Sequence record: MZ779063.1
DNA length: 64,000 bases
Reading direction: 5' to 3' (one strand)
Source: Staphylococcus phage vB_SauM-UFV_DC4
Part shown: positions 8,924-20,380 of the stretch, piece after piece
Layout of the letters: each line of letters begins with the position of its first letter
Position numbering within the stretch: position 1 is the stretch's first letter
The notes under the pieces: generated by a model
Told to the model about the DNA's origin: nothing
Databases searched by the model: none
What the model saw: only the letters and a program-made list of their open reading frames with translations
Position numbers and translations under genes: made by a program

Positions 8924-11900
8924 TTATCTCACATCACTTTCAAAATTACTTAATGACATACGCACTATAGATATTTGACCTAATTGTGCACTTCCTGTAG
9001 AACCTGTTATAGAAAGCTGTATCAGTAAATATTTATTAAAATTATCAGGAACTCCTAAATCTATAGTTGCTATTCTTGTTGAAGTATCAACTTTAGAACT
9101 TCCTGTTACCCCTATTTCTTTATGCATTTTTATATCACTATTTGTTTTCCAACCCATACCATCACTAAATGTAATATAAAGATTATTGCCTTCAGTTACT
9201 GTTGCCCTGTAAACAAATTTTAGATATCTTCTATTATGATGATAACTAAATACATTTAGTGTCGCTTTGTCTTTACCTGATGATTCATCTAATTGTGCAT
9301 TATCGTAACCATATTTATAAATATCTCTATAAATATTATATGTTCCAGCTCTAGTATCGTCTAATACTATAGGTCTAAAGTTTTTTTCATTGGTAGCATG
9401 AGCAGATCCACTAACCCAGTTCCAAGTTCTAACTCCAGGCATAGTAGGCATAAAGTTAGTTTCAGATAAGAACATACCTTCAACCATTTGGTCAACACCG
9501 TTTTTTCTTATATTTAATCCAGTTGAATTTATTTCCACAAAATTATCAGTATCTAGAGCACTTTTTGATATTCTCAATACATCATTTGTAAATGAAAGAT
9601 TGCCTTTATTATTATATATTTTAACTTTATCCGTATTTAGATCTATACTACTAGATATCATTTTAATTGATTCCGAGTTCATAGTTATCTTACTTGATAA
9701 AGAACTAGTGCTATATTTATCTAATGCCGAAGGTGTCCATGGTTTTAATTGATTACCTTTTTCTAATTTTGGAAGAGCGTAATAAAATACAGTTCCATCA
9801 TTATAAGCATCAGTTTTATCATAGTTGTTATAACGTAATAGAAATCTTAGATAATTGGTTCTTCCATTACTAGAGTTTCTAGGTATTTTAGCTGTAAAAC
9901 TATATCTAACCCATTTATCAAATATAAATTCACTAGCAGGTATCTCAACTACACCAAATTTAGGATTGGTAGTTTGTTGTATATTCTCATAAGTTGCCAC
10001 CTCAAAATATATCTTATAAGTAAGGAATTTTCTAGCTGTTGCAGGAATGTATATATAAACAGAGCCTGTTACTTCATCTCCAATACTAAATTGACCTTCT
10101 TGACCTACAGGTAAATAGCTTGACATTACTGCAGGCCATGTTGTTCCAAAGTTATTATGTTTATATTTGAAGACATCTTTTACTTTATTAATATCAAAAC
10201 TAGTATCGTCATTAGAATCTTTCGACTCAATTACAGTTATATTTTCAAAAGAGGCAGTTATATCAGCATTATCTGTAGTTCCTGCTTTTGCAGCATAAAA
10301 TAACAACTGATTAATTTTATCCTCATTAGGAGTAGTAATTTCTATTACGTTTCTTTTAGTTGTGCTAACAGGATAATCTATTCTATTAACTGAACTAATT
10401 TCAGGTAATGTATCCAAATCAGTTGAATACCCTGAACCTTTATAAGGATATCTATATGGGTACAATGAAATTAAACCTTCACTATTTTTCCCAGATTGTA
10501 TATTATAATCAAATGCTACTTTATATTTAGTATTCTTTTTTAGATATCCATTTAATGGAAGAGTCATTCTTTTATAAGTTCCTCTGGATACATTGTTTAC
10601 ACGATAAACTGAACCTAAAGCTAGATTGTTATCGGTATTAAAAGTCATATCATCTTCAGAAGCTATTGAAAATCTAGGATTTTTAGGATAATTTCCTTCA
10701 TCCAGTCTTATATTTTTAAAGTAAAACTTACCATCTGAATATGGTGAAACGGAGGCTATTATTAATCTTAATTGAGTCATTCCGCTTAAATCTGAGCTAG
10801 TTAGATTGAACGTAGTTTGGAAAGTACTCCAATCATCATTGATATCATTTTCAGCAGATATTGTATAACTTAAAGGATTGATTGAACTTGATGATTTGTT
10901 CACACGTAAACTTACAGTAATAGACCCTTTAGTAGTTTCTAAAGATTTTCTAACATCAAAACTAAAAGTATAAGTACCTGGCTTAATTTTAGATAATTTT
11001 AAACTTCCATCTGCATCTTTATAATCAATATTAGATGTTTGCCATTGTTTCCATCCTTCATTAGAATTTGAAATTATAGAAAGATAATCTCTATAATTTG
11101 TAGTTGTATCTGTTGGATTTGATTCAGTTGATCCACTAAATGTGTATGTCCAGTAAGGTGAGTCAATCTTATCCGCAAAGTTTAAATTGTTTGATGTATC
11201 ATCATCATTAGTTTTCCAACCTTCCCATCCATTTCTAAGATCAGAGTTAATAAGTGCGTTATCTGCATTAAGATAATTATTTATTTTATTAACAGATAAC
11301 TCAATAGAATCTGCCTTTTGATCTATTTTAGAAGAAACAGTCGATATTGAAGTCTCAATATCTTCGGGAGCTGGTGTCCAATCAGTAGATTTATTACCTT
11401 TTTCAAGTTTAATCCATTCTATAGTTGATAGATAATTTCCATCTTTAGGCATATCGTATATTGTTAATAACTTACTTAAATTTCTTGAAGATTGTTTGGC
11501 AACCCCAGTACCTATCCATAAACCCTTTTTAGAATCATATGTTAAATTACATAAGTTTGTATAACCGTCATCAATATAAGCACTAAAATAGTGGTCTTTA
11601 TTATTTGTATTACCTTTTATTGTAACTGTATAAGTCTCATCCACTATCCAATCTAATGACAAATTATATGGTTTCCCATATAATGTATGATTTACATATT
11701 TATTATTTTTACTATCTAAAACTAAATTTCTTCCACCAATTCGAATATCATTAATTTGAGAGTTTACATCTTCGGGAGCTGGAGACCAGTCAGTTGCTTT
11801 ATTACCCTTTTCAATTTTAATATTTTCAATAGAGAATTTATCTCCATTGTTATTGTTATAAGCATATATAGCCCATCTAGTGTTAGTTCCAGAAGTCTTA

Positions 11901-14900
11901 GTTATTTTAGAAGTGTATTTATATCTAAATTTTTTATTACCAACATTAGTTATTGTATCGCTACCAATAGACATACCTGGATCTACTACACTATCATATA
12001 TTCTGAAAACATCTCCACGTTCCATTTGTAAGTCAAATGATATAGAAATTTCATCTCCGACTTTTACTTTATTCAATAACTCATCAATATAAATTCTCCA
12101 TAAATATTGATAAGATCCATTTGAATTATCTTCAAAGCCTTTATTCCAAGATAAACTGTTTTCTAATAAGTTTCTTGCACCAATCTGTATATTATTAATA
12201 TTTTCATTAACTCTATTTTCTACTGCAGTAACTTGTGATGTAATTTGATTTGGTAATTGTTGGATACTAGAAGTATTAGCAGCAATTTTACCATCCATCT
12301 CATCTTGTTTACTAACAATACTAGTAATCTTATCAGTTTCTACTTTTAATTCACTGTATTGATTTGTAGTTTTAGTATCTAATGTCGTAATAGAAGAAGC
12401 GTTAAGTGTAATATCTTTCTCAGTTTGAGTTATACGAGTTTCATTTTTAGCAAATCTACTTCTATAATCTTCTGGCGATACGTCCCAAGAAGAAGCCACA
12501 TTACCTTCTTCTAATTGAATATGACCTACATAAGTATCCTTAGTTGTATTATCAGCAGTAAACTGAATTTTAAGGAAATTATTAGTTTTAGAATTGAATC
12601 TCAACTCATAACGAGTAGGAGTTGTTGTCAATGTCTTAGCAGATTCAGTCATAGTAATAAGATAATCTTTAGGAGAAACTTCAGTAGTTAAACTTGAAGC
12701 TTTCGTAATAGGTGTTTTAATTACTGGAGACGCAGCTGCTGAATAAGCATCATAGCTTAATACATAATTCGTATTAGGTTTAACTGCAACTATTTGAGAC
12801 ACTTCAGATAAATTTGTTCTAGTATTAGCATAAGTTATACTATTATTAACTTTTTTAGTAATGCTAGCTAAGAAAGGTAAATCAAATTTTTCAGTTCCAG
12901 CAAGCATGTTCTTAGTACCAATTTTAACTTTTCCCGATATAGCTTCAGTACTAGTCTCAGTTGTTACTCTTTGATCTATTCTACCAATTTCAGCAGTAAT
13001 ATTTGTATTTAAATTTGATACAGTTTCATTAACGCTAGTTTTAGTGGCATAATCTTTAGAAATATCTTGTTTAATAGAATCAGCTGTAGTAGTAATGCTA
13101 GCCTGTAAAGTTTGTTTAGTGTCATTAATAGCAGATTGTCTATCTGTAACTTCTTGAGTTATTTTATCATTAGCTACTTTTAATTCACCAGTTAAATCAC
13201 TGATATTGCCTTCATTTTTAGTAACTTTATCAGCAGTAATAGTATAGCTATCATTAAGTTGGGTTACTTTAGTTGACAAATCAGAATAATTTTCATCACT
13301 TCTATCTATTCTAGAAACTAATGATGTGATATTATCAGTGGCTACTTTTAAACTACCTTCTAAATTAGTGACATTTTCTTGAGTGACTTTTTGTTCTTCA
13401 GAAATAGCTTTAATTTCTCCAGCAACTGTTTCTAATCTAGATGATATATCTCTGACAACTTTATCATCTAAATCTTCTATTTTCTTAGATACTTCTTGAC
13501 GAATCATATCTACTGTTTGACTGACTTCAGAGAAACCTTCGACTACCTGTTTACGATAATCATCCATTTCTTTTTTAGTCATCATAGTGGCTACTAATTC
13601 ATTAGTGTCAATTACAGTTTTCTTAACAGATTCTAATCCAGTGACATCGTACATTTCTAAATTAGTAACCCAGAATTTAGGTTCATCAGAACCATCTTCA
13701 AATTCTGTTACATCTGAATCTTCAGATTGGTTTACCTTAAAGTATAATGTCATATAGAAAGCACCGTATAAGAAACCATTAGTACCTCTAACATTTTCTT
13801 TAGTAATTAAACCTTGACGGTGATACCAACCATTAAATTCTTCAGGATCGTCATCTTCTTCTGTATTAGGAATATCTTCATCTTTAATTAAAGACCATTC
13901 AACATTACTATCAGTGAATGTTCCTGAAACTTTAGTTCCGGCAGGGAAACCTCCATCTTCAGAATCGTAATTAATTAAATCAAAAGGTCTATTTAAATAG
14001 ATACAATTGTTTTCTCTATCAATAGCTCCAAAATCCCAACCGTTCATGAATACATTTCTAGAATAAGTTGATTCTCCATAATTATAACCATCATTACTCT
14101 TGAAATTCCAAATAACTAATGAATGATTATCATTATAATCTACTAAATTAGGATTAATATTTTTATTAACTATTCCTGCATTTGATACATTATAATTATT
14201 AGTCATATTCTTAATAGCTTCTTCTTCATCTACCGGAGTTGAATTAGTTTCAACTGGTTCTTCAGATTCAGACATAGGGAGATCAGGTTCTGTAGTTTTA
14301 TCTTCTTCAGGAGTATCATCTGCATATATTACACTATCTTCTTCTTCATCAGGTAATGCATTAGGATCATCTATAGAAAGAATATCATCTGCATCACTAG
14401 GTAATATAACTGATCCATCTCTATCGTAATCATAAACAGGAGTATCATCTTCTTCATCTAACGGTGCAGATTGGAATCTATAAGTGTCATCAAGACCATC
14501 AAGACTCTTGAAATAAATAACTTTATCCCCTTGTCTTAATTCTTGAGCTAATTCAATTACAGGTTTCTCACTACCCATTACATGTTGTGATTCTATTAAT
14601 TGTCCGTCTTTATCATAACTTAAATGACCTATAGAAGAAGGAAGAGAATTATTATTCTTCATAAACATAGAAAGTTTGTATGTTTTCTCTGGATTAATTG
14701 GTATTAATCTTTCAGAAGAAACAGTATTGTTAAATCCTTCCATTCTAAATGAAGCTGCAGATTGGAAAGCGTCTGAATTATCGTAATACATTCCAGGAAA
14801 GTTTGATTCATCTCCTTGATCTGCATTACCATTAAAAATTAAGTTATCTCCACGAGAATCCATATAGTAATTAAATTCTTGTTGTGATACTTCTAATTCT

Positions 14901-16912
14901 TGACCTAAATCTTCTCTAACACTATTAGCTTCAGCCATAGCTTTATCTATATCTTTAGATTTTTGATCTAATTCTTCTTGTTGTTTTTCTAACTCTGTTT
15001 TAGTATTCTCTAAGTTAACTTTAGATTCAGCAATTTCATCTTTAGTTTTTTGAATCTGTTCTTGGATAAGATCAAACATATCTTGTTTATCTATAGTACC
15101 ATCTATTAAACCAGATTCAGAGTTAAGAGGTAAACCTAATACGCTTGATAGATTTTCTTTTAATTGATTTAAATTTTCTTTTAATCCTCTATCGGAATCA
15201 TTAAGGTCATTTTCAATTCTGTTAACTTTAACTCTCATTAATTCTAAAGAAGTTTTTACTTCATTGATATCTTCAGTTACGTTGATATTTCCTGTCAATT
15301 TTTGAGTTTTACTGTCATAAGATAAACCTAAAACTCTTCCAATTTCAGAAAATACAGTATCTTTAATACCATGAGAATATTCATTTTGAAGTTTATTCAT
15401 TTCTAAGTTAATAGCTTCATTAGATAATTCAATAATACGTTTAGTGCTATTGATTACAGAATAAAATCCTACAAAAGATTTATTAATATCTTTCATTAAT
15501 GATTCATTCTGATCAGCTCTATTAAGCTTATTAACTTCAGATTTTATTTTATCGAAATTAGTATCAATTTCTTTAATTTTGTCTCTAACCTGAATCTTAA
15601 TTGCATCTTCTTTAAGATAAGCAGAATCAAATATAGATTTCAATTGATTATTAACTTGATCTTTTTGAGATTTAATTAAATTAAAATCAGAAATAATGGC
15701 ATCAAAGTTAAGTTCTTTATTTGATTGTAATACACTTAGACCATCTGTACCACTACCGTTATTAGTGCTAATATCATTAATATAATTTTTAAATGATTCT
15801 AATTGTTTATTAACTAAAGATTCAACCAATTTAACATTATTACTTTCAGAAGATGTATTATCTTTAATAAAGATGTTATCATTAGCGTATTTAGTATAAT
15901 TCTCTAACATTTCAGGTTTATAAACTTCATTAGAATTTTTATACTTAGCAAAGAAGTTAAATTTCTCAATATTATAATCAAATAAACTTCTCTCTAATTT
16001 ATATATTTGAAACCCTGCTGTTAATTCAGGTTTTATATTTTTATAATTGATGAATATTTGACTTGATATAAATTTATTATAATGACAATTAGTCCAATTT
16101 CTTAGAACTAAACCAGTCATTTTTAAATCTATAGCATTCAAAGAACTGTCATTAAGGTATTTAGAAGCAATCTCTTCCATTTCATCTCTAGTTTTTCCTT
16201 TAACTTCCATAGTGTCAAATATATAATTTTCATCTTTAATAAATCTAGCTTGGTTTAATGAATCTTTAACAGTAATAGATTCATTATTATCATTATACAT
16301 AATTAAGCCAGTTTTAATATTTGATTTATCTACATTAAATTCAAAACCAGGAATTCTACCAGAAACTTCTTTAGGATTAGATTTTCTTAAATCTTTACCT
16401 TTATTAATTATTAAAGTTCTTTCATTTGTATTAATATCATACTTATGTCTAATAGATAAATCTTTTTCAAATAAAATATCTAATAATTTTTCAAATACAG
16501 ATTTATTATTTTTAGATAAAGTAATTTCTTCATCAACAACCAAATCATTATATTCAATATTATACCCTGTATTCAATAATAGAGTGCTTAATACTGATTT
16601 TAATTGTCCTTTTAATTCTTCATTAGAATTCACAAAAGTATTATTTAAATCTTTTACATAAGAAGGAATTAATGAAGATTTTAAACCATCTTCTTCAATA
16701 CAAACAAATTCAGAATCATTCTTACTTTCATCTTTAATAATTATATGTGTATTTTCTGAAATGTAGTTTTTACTTTTGAATTCAATATTAATAATTTCAG
16801 TTTTCTTACTAAAATCATATACTAATTTCTCACTAGAAATTACATTTTCAAAAGTTTCTGCAACTAATTTACCTTCAATTCTTTTACGTTCTTTATCTAG
16901 AATACTAATCAA
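8924..16912 (-). CDS. Giant modular tail fibre / adhesin (2662 aa) with coiled-coil regions and at least four CBM-like beta-sandwich modules
   Basis: Uninterrupted 7989-nt ORF. Modules begin IGxRNLLxNS and end EKGNKxTDW(S/T)PAPED, three to four times. Long heptad-like stretches. Acidic linker DDPNALPDEEEDS. Confidence 0.65.
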   Translation of the reverse strand: MISILDKERKRIEGKLVAETFENVISSEKLVYDFSKKTEIINIEFKSKNYISENTHIIIKDESKNDSEFVCIEEDGLKSSLIPSYVKDLNNTFVNSNEELKGQLKSVLSTLLLNTGYNIEYNDLVVDEEITLSKNNKSVFEKLLDILFEKDLSIRHKYDINTNERTLIINKGKDLRKSNPKEVSGRIPGFEFNVDKSNIKTGLIMYNDNNESITVKDSLNQARFIKDENYIFDTMEVKGKTRDEMEEIASKYLNDSSLNAIDLKMTGLVLRNWTNCHYNKFISSQIFINYKNIKPELTAGFQIYKLERSLFDYNIEKFNFFAKYKNSNEVYKPEMLENYTKYANDNIFIKDNTSSESNNVKLVESLVNKQLESFKNYINDISTNNGSGTDGLSVLQSNKELNFDAIISDFNLIKSQKDQVNNQLKSIFDSAYLKEDAIKIQVRDKIKEIDTNFDKIKSEVNKLNRADQNESLMKDINKSFVGFYSVINSTKRIIELSNEAINLEMNKLQNEYSHGIKDTVFSEIGRVLGLSYDSKTQKLTGNINVTEDINEVKTSLELMRVKVNRIENDLNDSDRGLKENLNQLKENLSSVLGLPLNSESGLIDGTIDKQDMFDLIQEQIQKTKDEIAESKVNLENTKTELEKQQEELDQKSKDIDKAMAEANSVREDLGQELEVSQQEFNYYMDSRGDNLIFNGNADQGDESNFPGMYYDNSDAFQSAASFRMEGFNNTVSSERLIPINPEKTYKLSMFMKNNNSLPSSIGHLSYDKDGQLIESQHVMGSEKPVIELAQELRQGDKVIYFKSLDGLDDTYRFQSAPLDEEDDTPVYDYDRDGSVILPSDADDILSIDDPNALPDEEEDSVIYADDTPEEDKTTEPDLPMSESEEPVETNSTPVDEEEAIKNMTNNYNVSNAGIVNKNINPNLVDYNDNHSLVIWNFKSNDGYNYGESTYSRNVFMNGWDFGAIDRENNCIYLNRPFDLINYDSEDGGFPAGTKVSGTFTDSNVEWSLIKDEDIPNTEEDDDPEEFNGWYHRQGLITKENVRGTNGFLYGAFYMTLYFKVNQSEDSDVTEFEDGSDEPKFWVTNLEMYDVTGLESVKKTVIDTNELVATMMTKKEMDDYRKQVVEGFSEVSQTVDMIRQEVSKKIEDLDDKVVRDISSRLETVAGEIKAISEEQKVTQENVTNLEGSLKVATDNITSLVSRIDRSDENYSDLSTKVTQLNDSYTITADKVTKNEGNISDLTGELKVANDKITQEVTDRQSAINDTKQTLQASITTTADSIKQDISKDYATKTSVNETVSNLNTNITAEIGRIDQRVTTETSTEAISGKVKIGTKNMLAGTEKFDLPFLASITKKVNNSITYANTRTNLSEVSQIVAVKPNTNYVLSYDAYSAAASPVIKTPITKASSLTTEVSPKDYLITMTESAKTLTTTPTRYELRFNSKTNNFLKIQFTADNTTKDTYVGHIQLEEGNVASSWDVSPEDYRSRFAKNETRITQTEKDITLNASSITTLDTKTTNQYSELKVETDKITSIVSKQDEMDGKIAANTSSIQQLPNQITSQVTAVENRVNENINNIQIGARNLLENSLSWNKGFEDNSNGSYQYLWRIYIDELLNKVKVGDEISISFDLQMERGDVFRIYDSVVDPGMSIGSDTITNVGNKKFRYKYTSKITKTSGTNTRWAIYAYNNNNGDKFSIENIKIEKGNKATDWSPAPEDVNSQINDIRIGGRNLVLDSKNNKYVNHTLYGKPYNLSLDWIVDETYTVTIKGNTNNKDHYFSAYIDDGYTNLCNLTYDSKKGLWIGTGVAKQSSRNLSKLLTIYDMPKDGNYLSTIEWIKLEKGNKSTDWTPAPEDIETSISTVSSKIDQKADSIELSVNKINNYLNADNALINSDLRNGWEGWKTNDDDTSNNLNFADKIDSPYWTYTFSGSTESNPTDTTTNYRDYLSIISNSNEGWKQWQTSNIDYKDADGSLKLSKIKPGTYTFSFDVRKSLETTKGSITVSLRVNKSSSSINPLSYTISAENDINDDWSTFQTTFNLTSSDLSGMTQLRLIIASVSPYSDGKFYFKNIRLDEGNYPKNPRFSIASEDDMTFNTDNNLALGSVYRVNNVSRGTYKRMTLPLNGYLKKNTKYKVAFDYNIQSGKNSEGLISLYPYRYPYKGSGYSTDLDTLPEISSVNRIDYPVSTTKRNVIEITTPNEDKINQLLFYAAKAGTTDNADITASFENITVIESKDSNDDTSFDINKVKDVFKYKHNNFGTTWPAVMSSYLPVGQEGQFSIGDEVTGSVYIYIPATARKFLTYKIYFEVATYENIQQTTNPKFGVVEIPASEFIFDKWVRYSFTAKIPRNSSNGRTNYLRFLLRYNNYDKTDAYNDGTVFYYALPKLEKGNQLKPWTPSALDKYSTSSLSSKITMNSESIKMISSSIDLNTDKVKIYNNKGNLSFTNDVLRISKSALDTDNFVEINSTGLNIRKNGVDQMVEGMFLSETNFMPTMPGVRTWNWVSGSAHATNEKNFRPIVLDDTRAGTYNIYRDIYKYGYDNAQLDESSGKDKATLNVFSYHHNRRYLKFVYRATVTEGNNLYITFSDGMGWKTNSDIKMHKEIGVTGSSKVDTSTRIATIDLGVPDNFNKYLLIQLSITGSTGSAQLGQISIVRMSLSNFESDVR
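11364..11428. repeat. Intragenic repeat copy 1, encodes an EKGNKSTDWTPAPED module end
   Basis: About 85% identical to 11769..11833 (cttcgggagctgg..ccartcagt...tttattacc). Confidence 0.7.
11769..11833. repeat. Intragenic repeat copy 2, encodes an EKGNKATDWSPAPED module end
   Basis: Direct repeat of 11364..11428, about 400 nt away in the same ORF. Confidence 0.7.
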
Positions 16913-16966
16913 ATTTAATTCACCATCCTTTCATTTAATTGATATTAATGTGTTCCATGTCAATAA

Positions 16967-17389
16967 TTAATAGTCTTCTAATTGTTCAGCTAGCGTATCA
17001 ATAATAGCAGCTTTTTTCCCTGATAGTTGAGTTTCCATATTATCAATAATATTTAATAAAATAGATTTATCTCTAACAGTAATAACTGCTTTTTCTTCAT
17101 CAATAGCTAATATATCTTCTTTAGCATTTGGGAATTCACTTACATTAAGAATAATACTTTCTGGATCTTTAGGGTCTTTAACAATATTACCATTTTCATC
17201 TTTTTTAGAAAATTCGTCAACCATATCTTTTCTATCTTTAGCATATTCTTCATAAGATTCTTTAAGTTGATTAATGAATTTAGTTCTATGTCTAGATTTA
17301 TTACCATTAAGTGGAATATTGAATAACACATCATATACAGTTTGTAAATCTTCATTTTTAATTGTAACTTGTTCAATTGTTTCTACCAT
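16967..17389 (-). CDS. Hypothetical protein
   Basis: ORF. First gene of the - strand operon, at a divergent region. Confidence 0.5.
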   Translation of the reverse strand: MVETIEQVTIKNEDLQTVYDVLFNIPLNGNKSRHRTKFINQLKESYEEYAKDRKDMVDEFSKKDENGNIVKDPKDPESIILNVSEFPNAKEDILAIDEEKAVITVRDKSILLNIIDNMETQLSGKKAAIIDTLAEQLEDY

Positions 17390-17506
17390 TTTTAGAAAAC
17401 TCCTTTTAAATTGATATTTATAATATAAATTAAGTTATTATGGCATTTTAAAAAATTACTCAACATTTTATTTATTATGAAACTAATAGAAAGTGGGTAG
17501 AAATAT

Positions 17507-18769
17507 ATGCCTCATTTAGGAAAAGAAAATGGTTATTCCATGTGTACTGCATCACCTTCATTATCTAGTGTTATATCAGGTGTACAATCATTCATGTGGA
17601 CATATTTTAAATCAATGTTCCCTAGTAATTTTTTTGCTTCAACTTATGTAAATACTTCTCTTAATTCAAATTCACTAAAAGATATGAAGGAACGTAAAAA
17701 AGGTTTTCCTCATTTATCAATGAATACACAATTTGAATTGGGTGATGGTTTTATGTCAGGTTTACCTATGTGGCATAAGACTGATAGATTTGTAATGAAA
17801 AATCTTAAAAGAAATTATAGATTGATATTTGAAGACGATACAAGAGGAATTAGAATATATACAGTTCCTCAAAGATATAAGATAGTATTTAATTACGGTA
17901 TACTATTACAAACAGAAATGGGAGCTTGGAACGTTCTTAATCACATTAATCAAACGTTTGAAAATGGTGGATATAATTATGCTAATGAAATAAGAATACC
18001 AACAAAATTACCAGAAATATTTATTGTTAATATATGTAGAAAACTAGGTTTAGATATTAATAACAATAAAGATAGAATGCAATTAAATGATTATATGATG
18101 ACAAATGGTTTAGGTCCAATTACTAATAAAAAAGATTTGTCTACTGGTAAAGAAAAGTATACTTATGATTATACTACTAATATATTATTAAATTATCCTG
18201 ATTTAACTAATTATGAAAAAGAAGTAACTAATCTAATAAATAAATCAGCTTCAGTTAGATATGCGATATCTGCTGAATTATGGGTACCTGGTAGTTATAT
18301 ATTAGAAATTGAAGATGATTTCAATATTCAAAGAGAAATTGATTCACTTTCAGATGATGTTTTACAATTCGACATTGCTATTTTACAAGATATGATTCCT
18401 AAGGAAAATGAAAGAGGAATGAAATTATTATTAGAAAGAAACTTTAATACTGAAATGAATGTTAAATTTGATTCAACTCAGATTGAAGAAATATTAGATA
18501 AAGATGTTATAAATTCAATTAAAGAACTTAATAAGATTAATGGGGACATTCAAAAAATCGTAGAATTCAAATTGTTTAAAAATAATAAACCTATGAGTAA
18601 AGATGAATATTTCGTTGATTATGATACATTTGAATTAATTGTAAAAGAACCTGAAGATAATAAGGTTCACACACTTGTAATGTATGCGGATACACGTAAG
18701 ATTAATATGATAAATGAATTAATAAATCAAGGAAGAAAAAAAGATTTATACAAAATGGACATATTTTAG
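17507..18769 (+). CDS. Hypothetical protein, 420 aa; true start may be internal
   Basis: ORF. The N-terminal 30 aa are Ser/Cys-rich and atypical; an alternative Met lies 30-40 codons in. Confidence 0.45.
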   Translation: MPHLGKENGYSMCTASPSLSSVISGVQSFMWTYFKSMFPSNFFASTYVNTSLNSNSLKDMKERKKGFPHLSMNTQFELGDGFMSGLPMWHKTDRFVMKNLKRNYRLIFEDDTRGIRIYTVPQRYKIVFNYGILLQTEMGAWNVLNHINQTFENGGYNYANEIRIPTKLPEIFIVNICRKLGLDINNNKDRMQLNDYMMTNGLGPITNKKDLSTGKEKYTYDYTTNILLNYPDLTNYEKEVTNLINKSASVRYAISAELWVPGSYILEIEDDFNIQREIDSLSDDVLQFDIAILQDMIPKENERGMKLLLERNFNTEMNVKFDSTQIEEILDKDVINSIKELNKINGDIQKIVEFKLFKNNKPMSKDEYFVDYDTFELIVKEPEDNKVHTLVMYADTRKINMINELINQGRKKDLYKMDIF

Positions 18770-18789
18770 AAAAAAAAATCAAAATATTA

Positions 18790-18821
18790 GAGGTAACTAT
18801 CAAATTAATGATAGTTACCTC
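18790..18821. terminator. Bidirectional terminator hairpin
   Basis: 13-bp perfect stem gaggtaactatca / tgatagttacctc, loop aattaa, followed by aattttatt. Confidence 0.65.
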
Positions 18822-18828
18822 AATTTTA

Positions 18829-19635
18829 TTATTTTACATTAGTTCTGTATTCAAGAATAGTTTTTACTAAAAGCATATTAGCATTTAATTCTTTAGAAGT
18901 TCCTTCAGCTTCTTCAGCTTTAAGTTTACCTACTTGTTCTAAAGACATCATTTCCATTGGATTAATATTTTTAGGAATTTTACCTGAATTAAGTTTAATA
19001 ACTTCGCTAGCTTGCATAGCTTTAATAGATTCATTTAAAAATTCATTAATGACTGAATCTGAAAAGCTTTTAATAACTTTGTTATCTTCTTTTTTAGTGA
19101 TATCATTACCTTTAATTAAGTCTGCTCTGTTATAATATACAAATAAATCAATATAAGTTACTAAGATTATATTGTATATTTCTTGGAAGTTTAAATTAGT
19201 GCCCATATTTTCATCAGTGTAATTCAACATTAATGCAAATACTCTTTCACTAATATTACTTTGTCCTTCTGGAAGAAATTCATCAAAACCTACACTTCTA
19301 GACATTGATAAGAAGTCCATAATATTTCTTGCAAAGTTTTCTTCACTGTTTAATTCATTTTCATCAGTAAAGAATTTAACAAAATCAGAATATGATAGAC
19401 CAGTAATATCATCTGATTTTCTTCTAATCATTTTCATACTATAAAAATCTCTAAATGTTTTACTATCTCCAGTTGAACCTAATTTATCTTCTAAGATTTC
19501 TAATTCTTTTCTGTTGGATTCTTCTTTCATTTCTTTCATTAATACATTTGAAACATCCTCGTTAATTCTTTCTAAATCATTGTTAAATAATTCAATTGCT
19601 TGGTTTAATTCTTCCATTATCCATTTCATCTCCAT
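18829..19635 (-). CDS. Hypothetical protein
   Basis: ORF. Confidence 0.5.
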   Translation of the reverse strand: MEMKWIMEELNQAIELFNNDLERINEDVSNVLMKEMKEESNRKELEILEDKLGSTGDSKTFRDFYSMKMIRRKSDDITGLSYSDFVKFFTDENELNSEENFARNIMDFLSMSRSVGFDEFLPEGQSNISERVFALMLNYTDENMGTNLNFQEIYNIILVTYIDLFVYYNRADLIKGNDITKKEDNKVIKSFSDSVINEFLNESIKAMQASEVIKLNSGKIPKNINPMEMMSLEQVGKLKAEEAEGTSKELNANMLLVKTILEYRTNVK

Positions 19636-19716
19636 TTATAAAAATTATTTAAGATTATTTAATTACCATTAATCTCATTTATATAATATATATTTAAATA
19701 ATGTTTATAATTTTAT

Positions 19717-20370
19717 TTATATATCTGAAGCTTCTAATAATTCATTATACTGTTCTATTTGATGATCTAACATGTAATCTTTATAATACGAAACAAATTC
19801 ATTTACTTTACCAAATATTGAAGATAATGGAATGATAATTTTACCTGCATGAGCTAATTGATGATTTGTTTTGGATAGTAATACTAAACCTACTTTATTA
19901 TCGAAATGTAATTTCATAACTCTTTCTGCTATATCTATTGATGTGAATTGTTCATCTTCCATTATAGCTCTATTAACTACTATTTCTACAATCTCATATA
20001 ATGTAAAAGGAAAGTGATGATATTCCATTGTAACCATGTCTTCTGTTAAATTTGACATTGTTATATCATTTTTTAGATTGTATTCTTCTTTTAATATTGA
20101 TAAATACTTTTTATATTCATTTGATCTTCTTACTAATCCTTCTACATTCTTAATAAATTTCTTTAAACTATTTTCTGATTCTATTTCAAAGTATAAACTT
20201 GATATTTGAAATTTACTTTTTTTATTTACTAATGTTGTATTATTATTTGAATCTTTCTTGATTAGTATATTATTAATTCTATTATTTTTATTTAATTTAA
20301 CTTTACTACTTGAAAATTTCTTATTATTAAATTTTATATCTACATTTTTATTACTACTCATTTTATTCAA
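19717..20370 (-). CDS. Hypothetical protein with Asn/Lys-rich N-terminus, possible regulator
   Basis: ORF, first gene leftward of the large divergent intergenic region. No domain recognised. Confidence 0.45.
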   Translation of the reverse strand: MNKMSSNKNVDIKFNNKKFSSSKVKLNKNNRINNILIKKDSNNNTTLVNKKSKFQISSLYFEIESENSLKKFIKNVEGLVRRSNEYKKYLSILKEEYNLKNDITMSNLTEDMVTMEYHHFPFTLYEIVEIVVNRAIMEDEQFTSIDIAERVMKLHFDNKVGLVLLSKTNHQLAHAGKIIIPLSSIFGKVNEFVSYYKDYMLDHQIEQYNELLEASDI

Positions 20371-20380
20371 TTCCTTTTTA

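Noticed and set aside
11756-12092. Two short + strand ORFs inside the 2662-aa fibre gene
   Set aside because: Embedded antisense ORFs of 70-91 aa with no SD. Chance open frames in AT-rich DNA.
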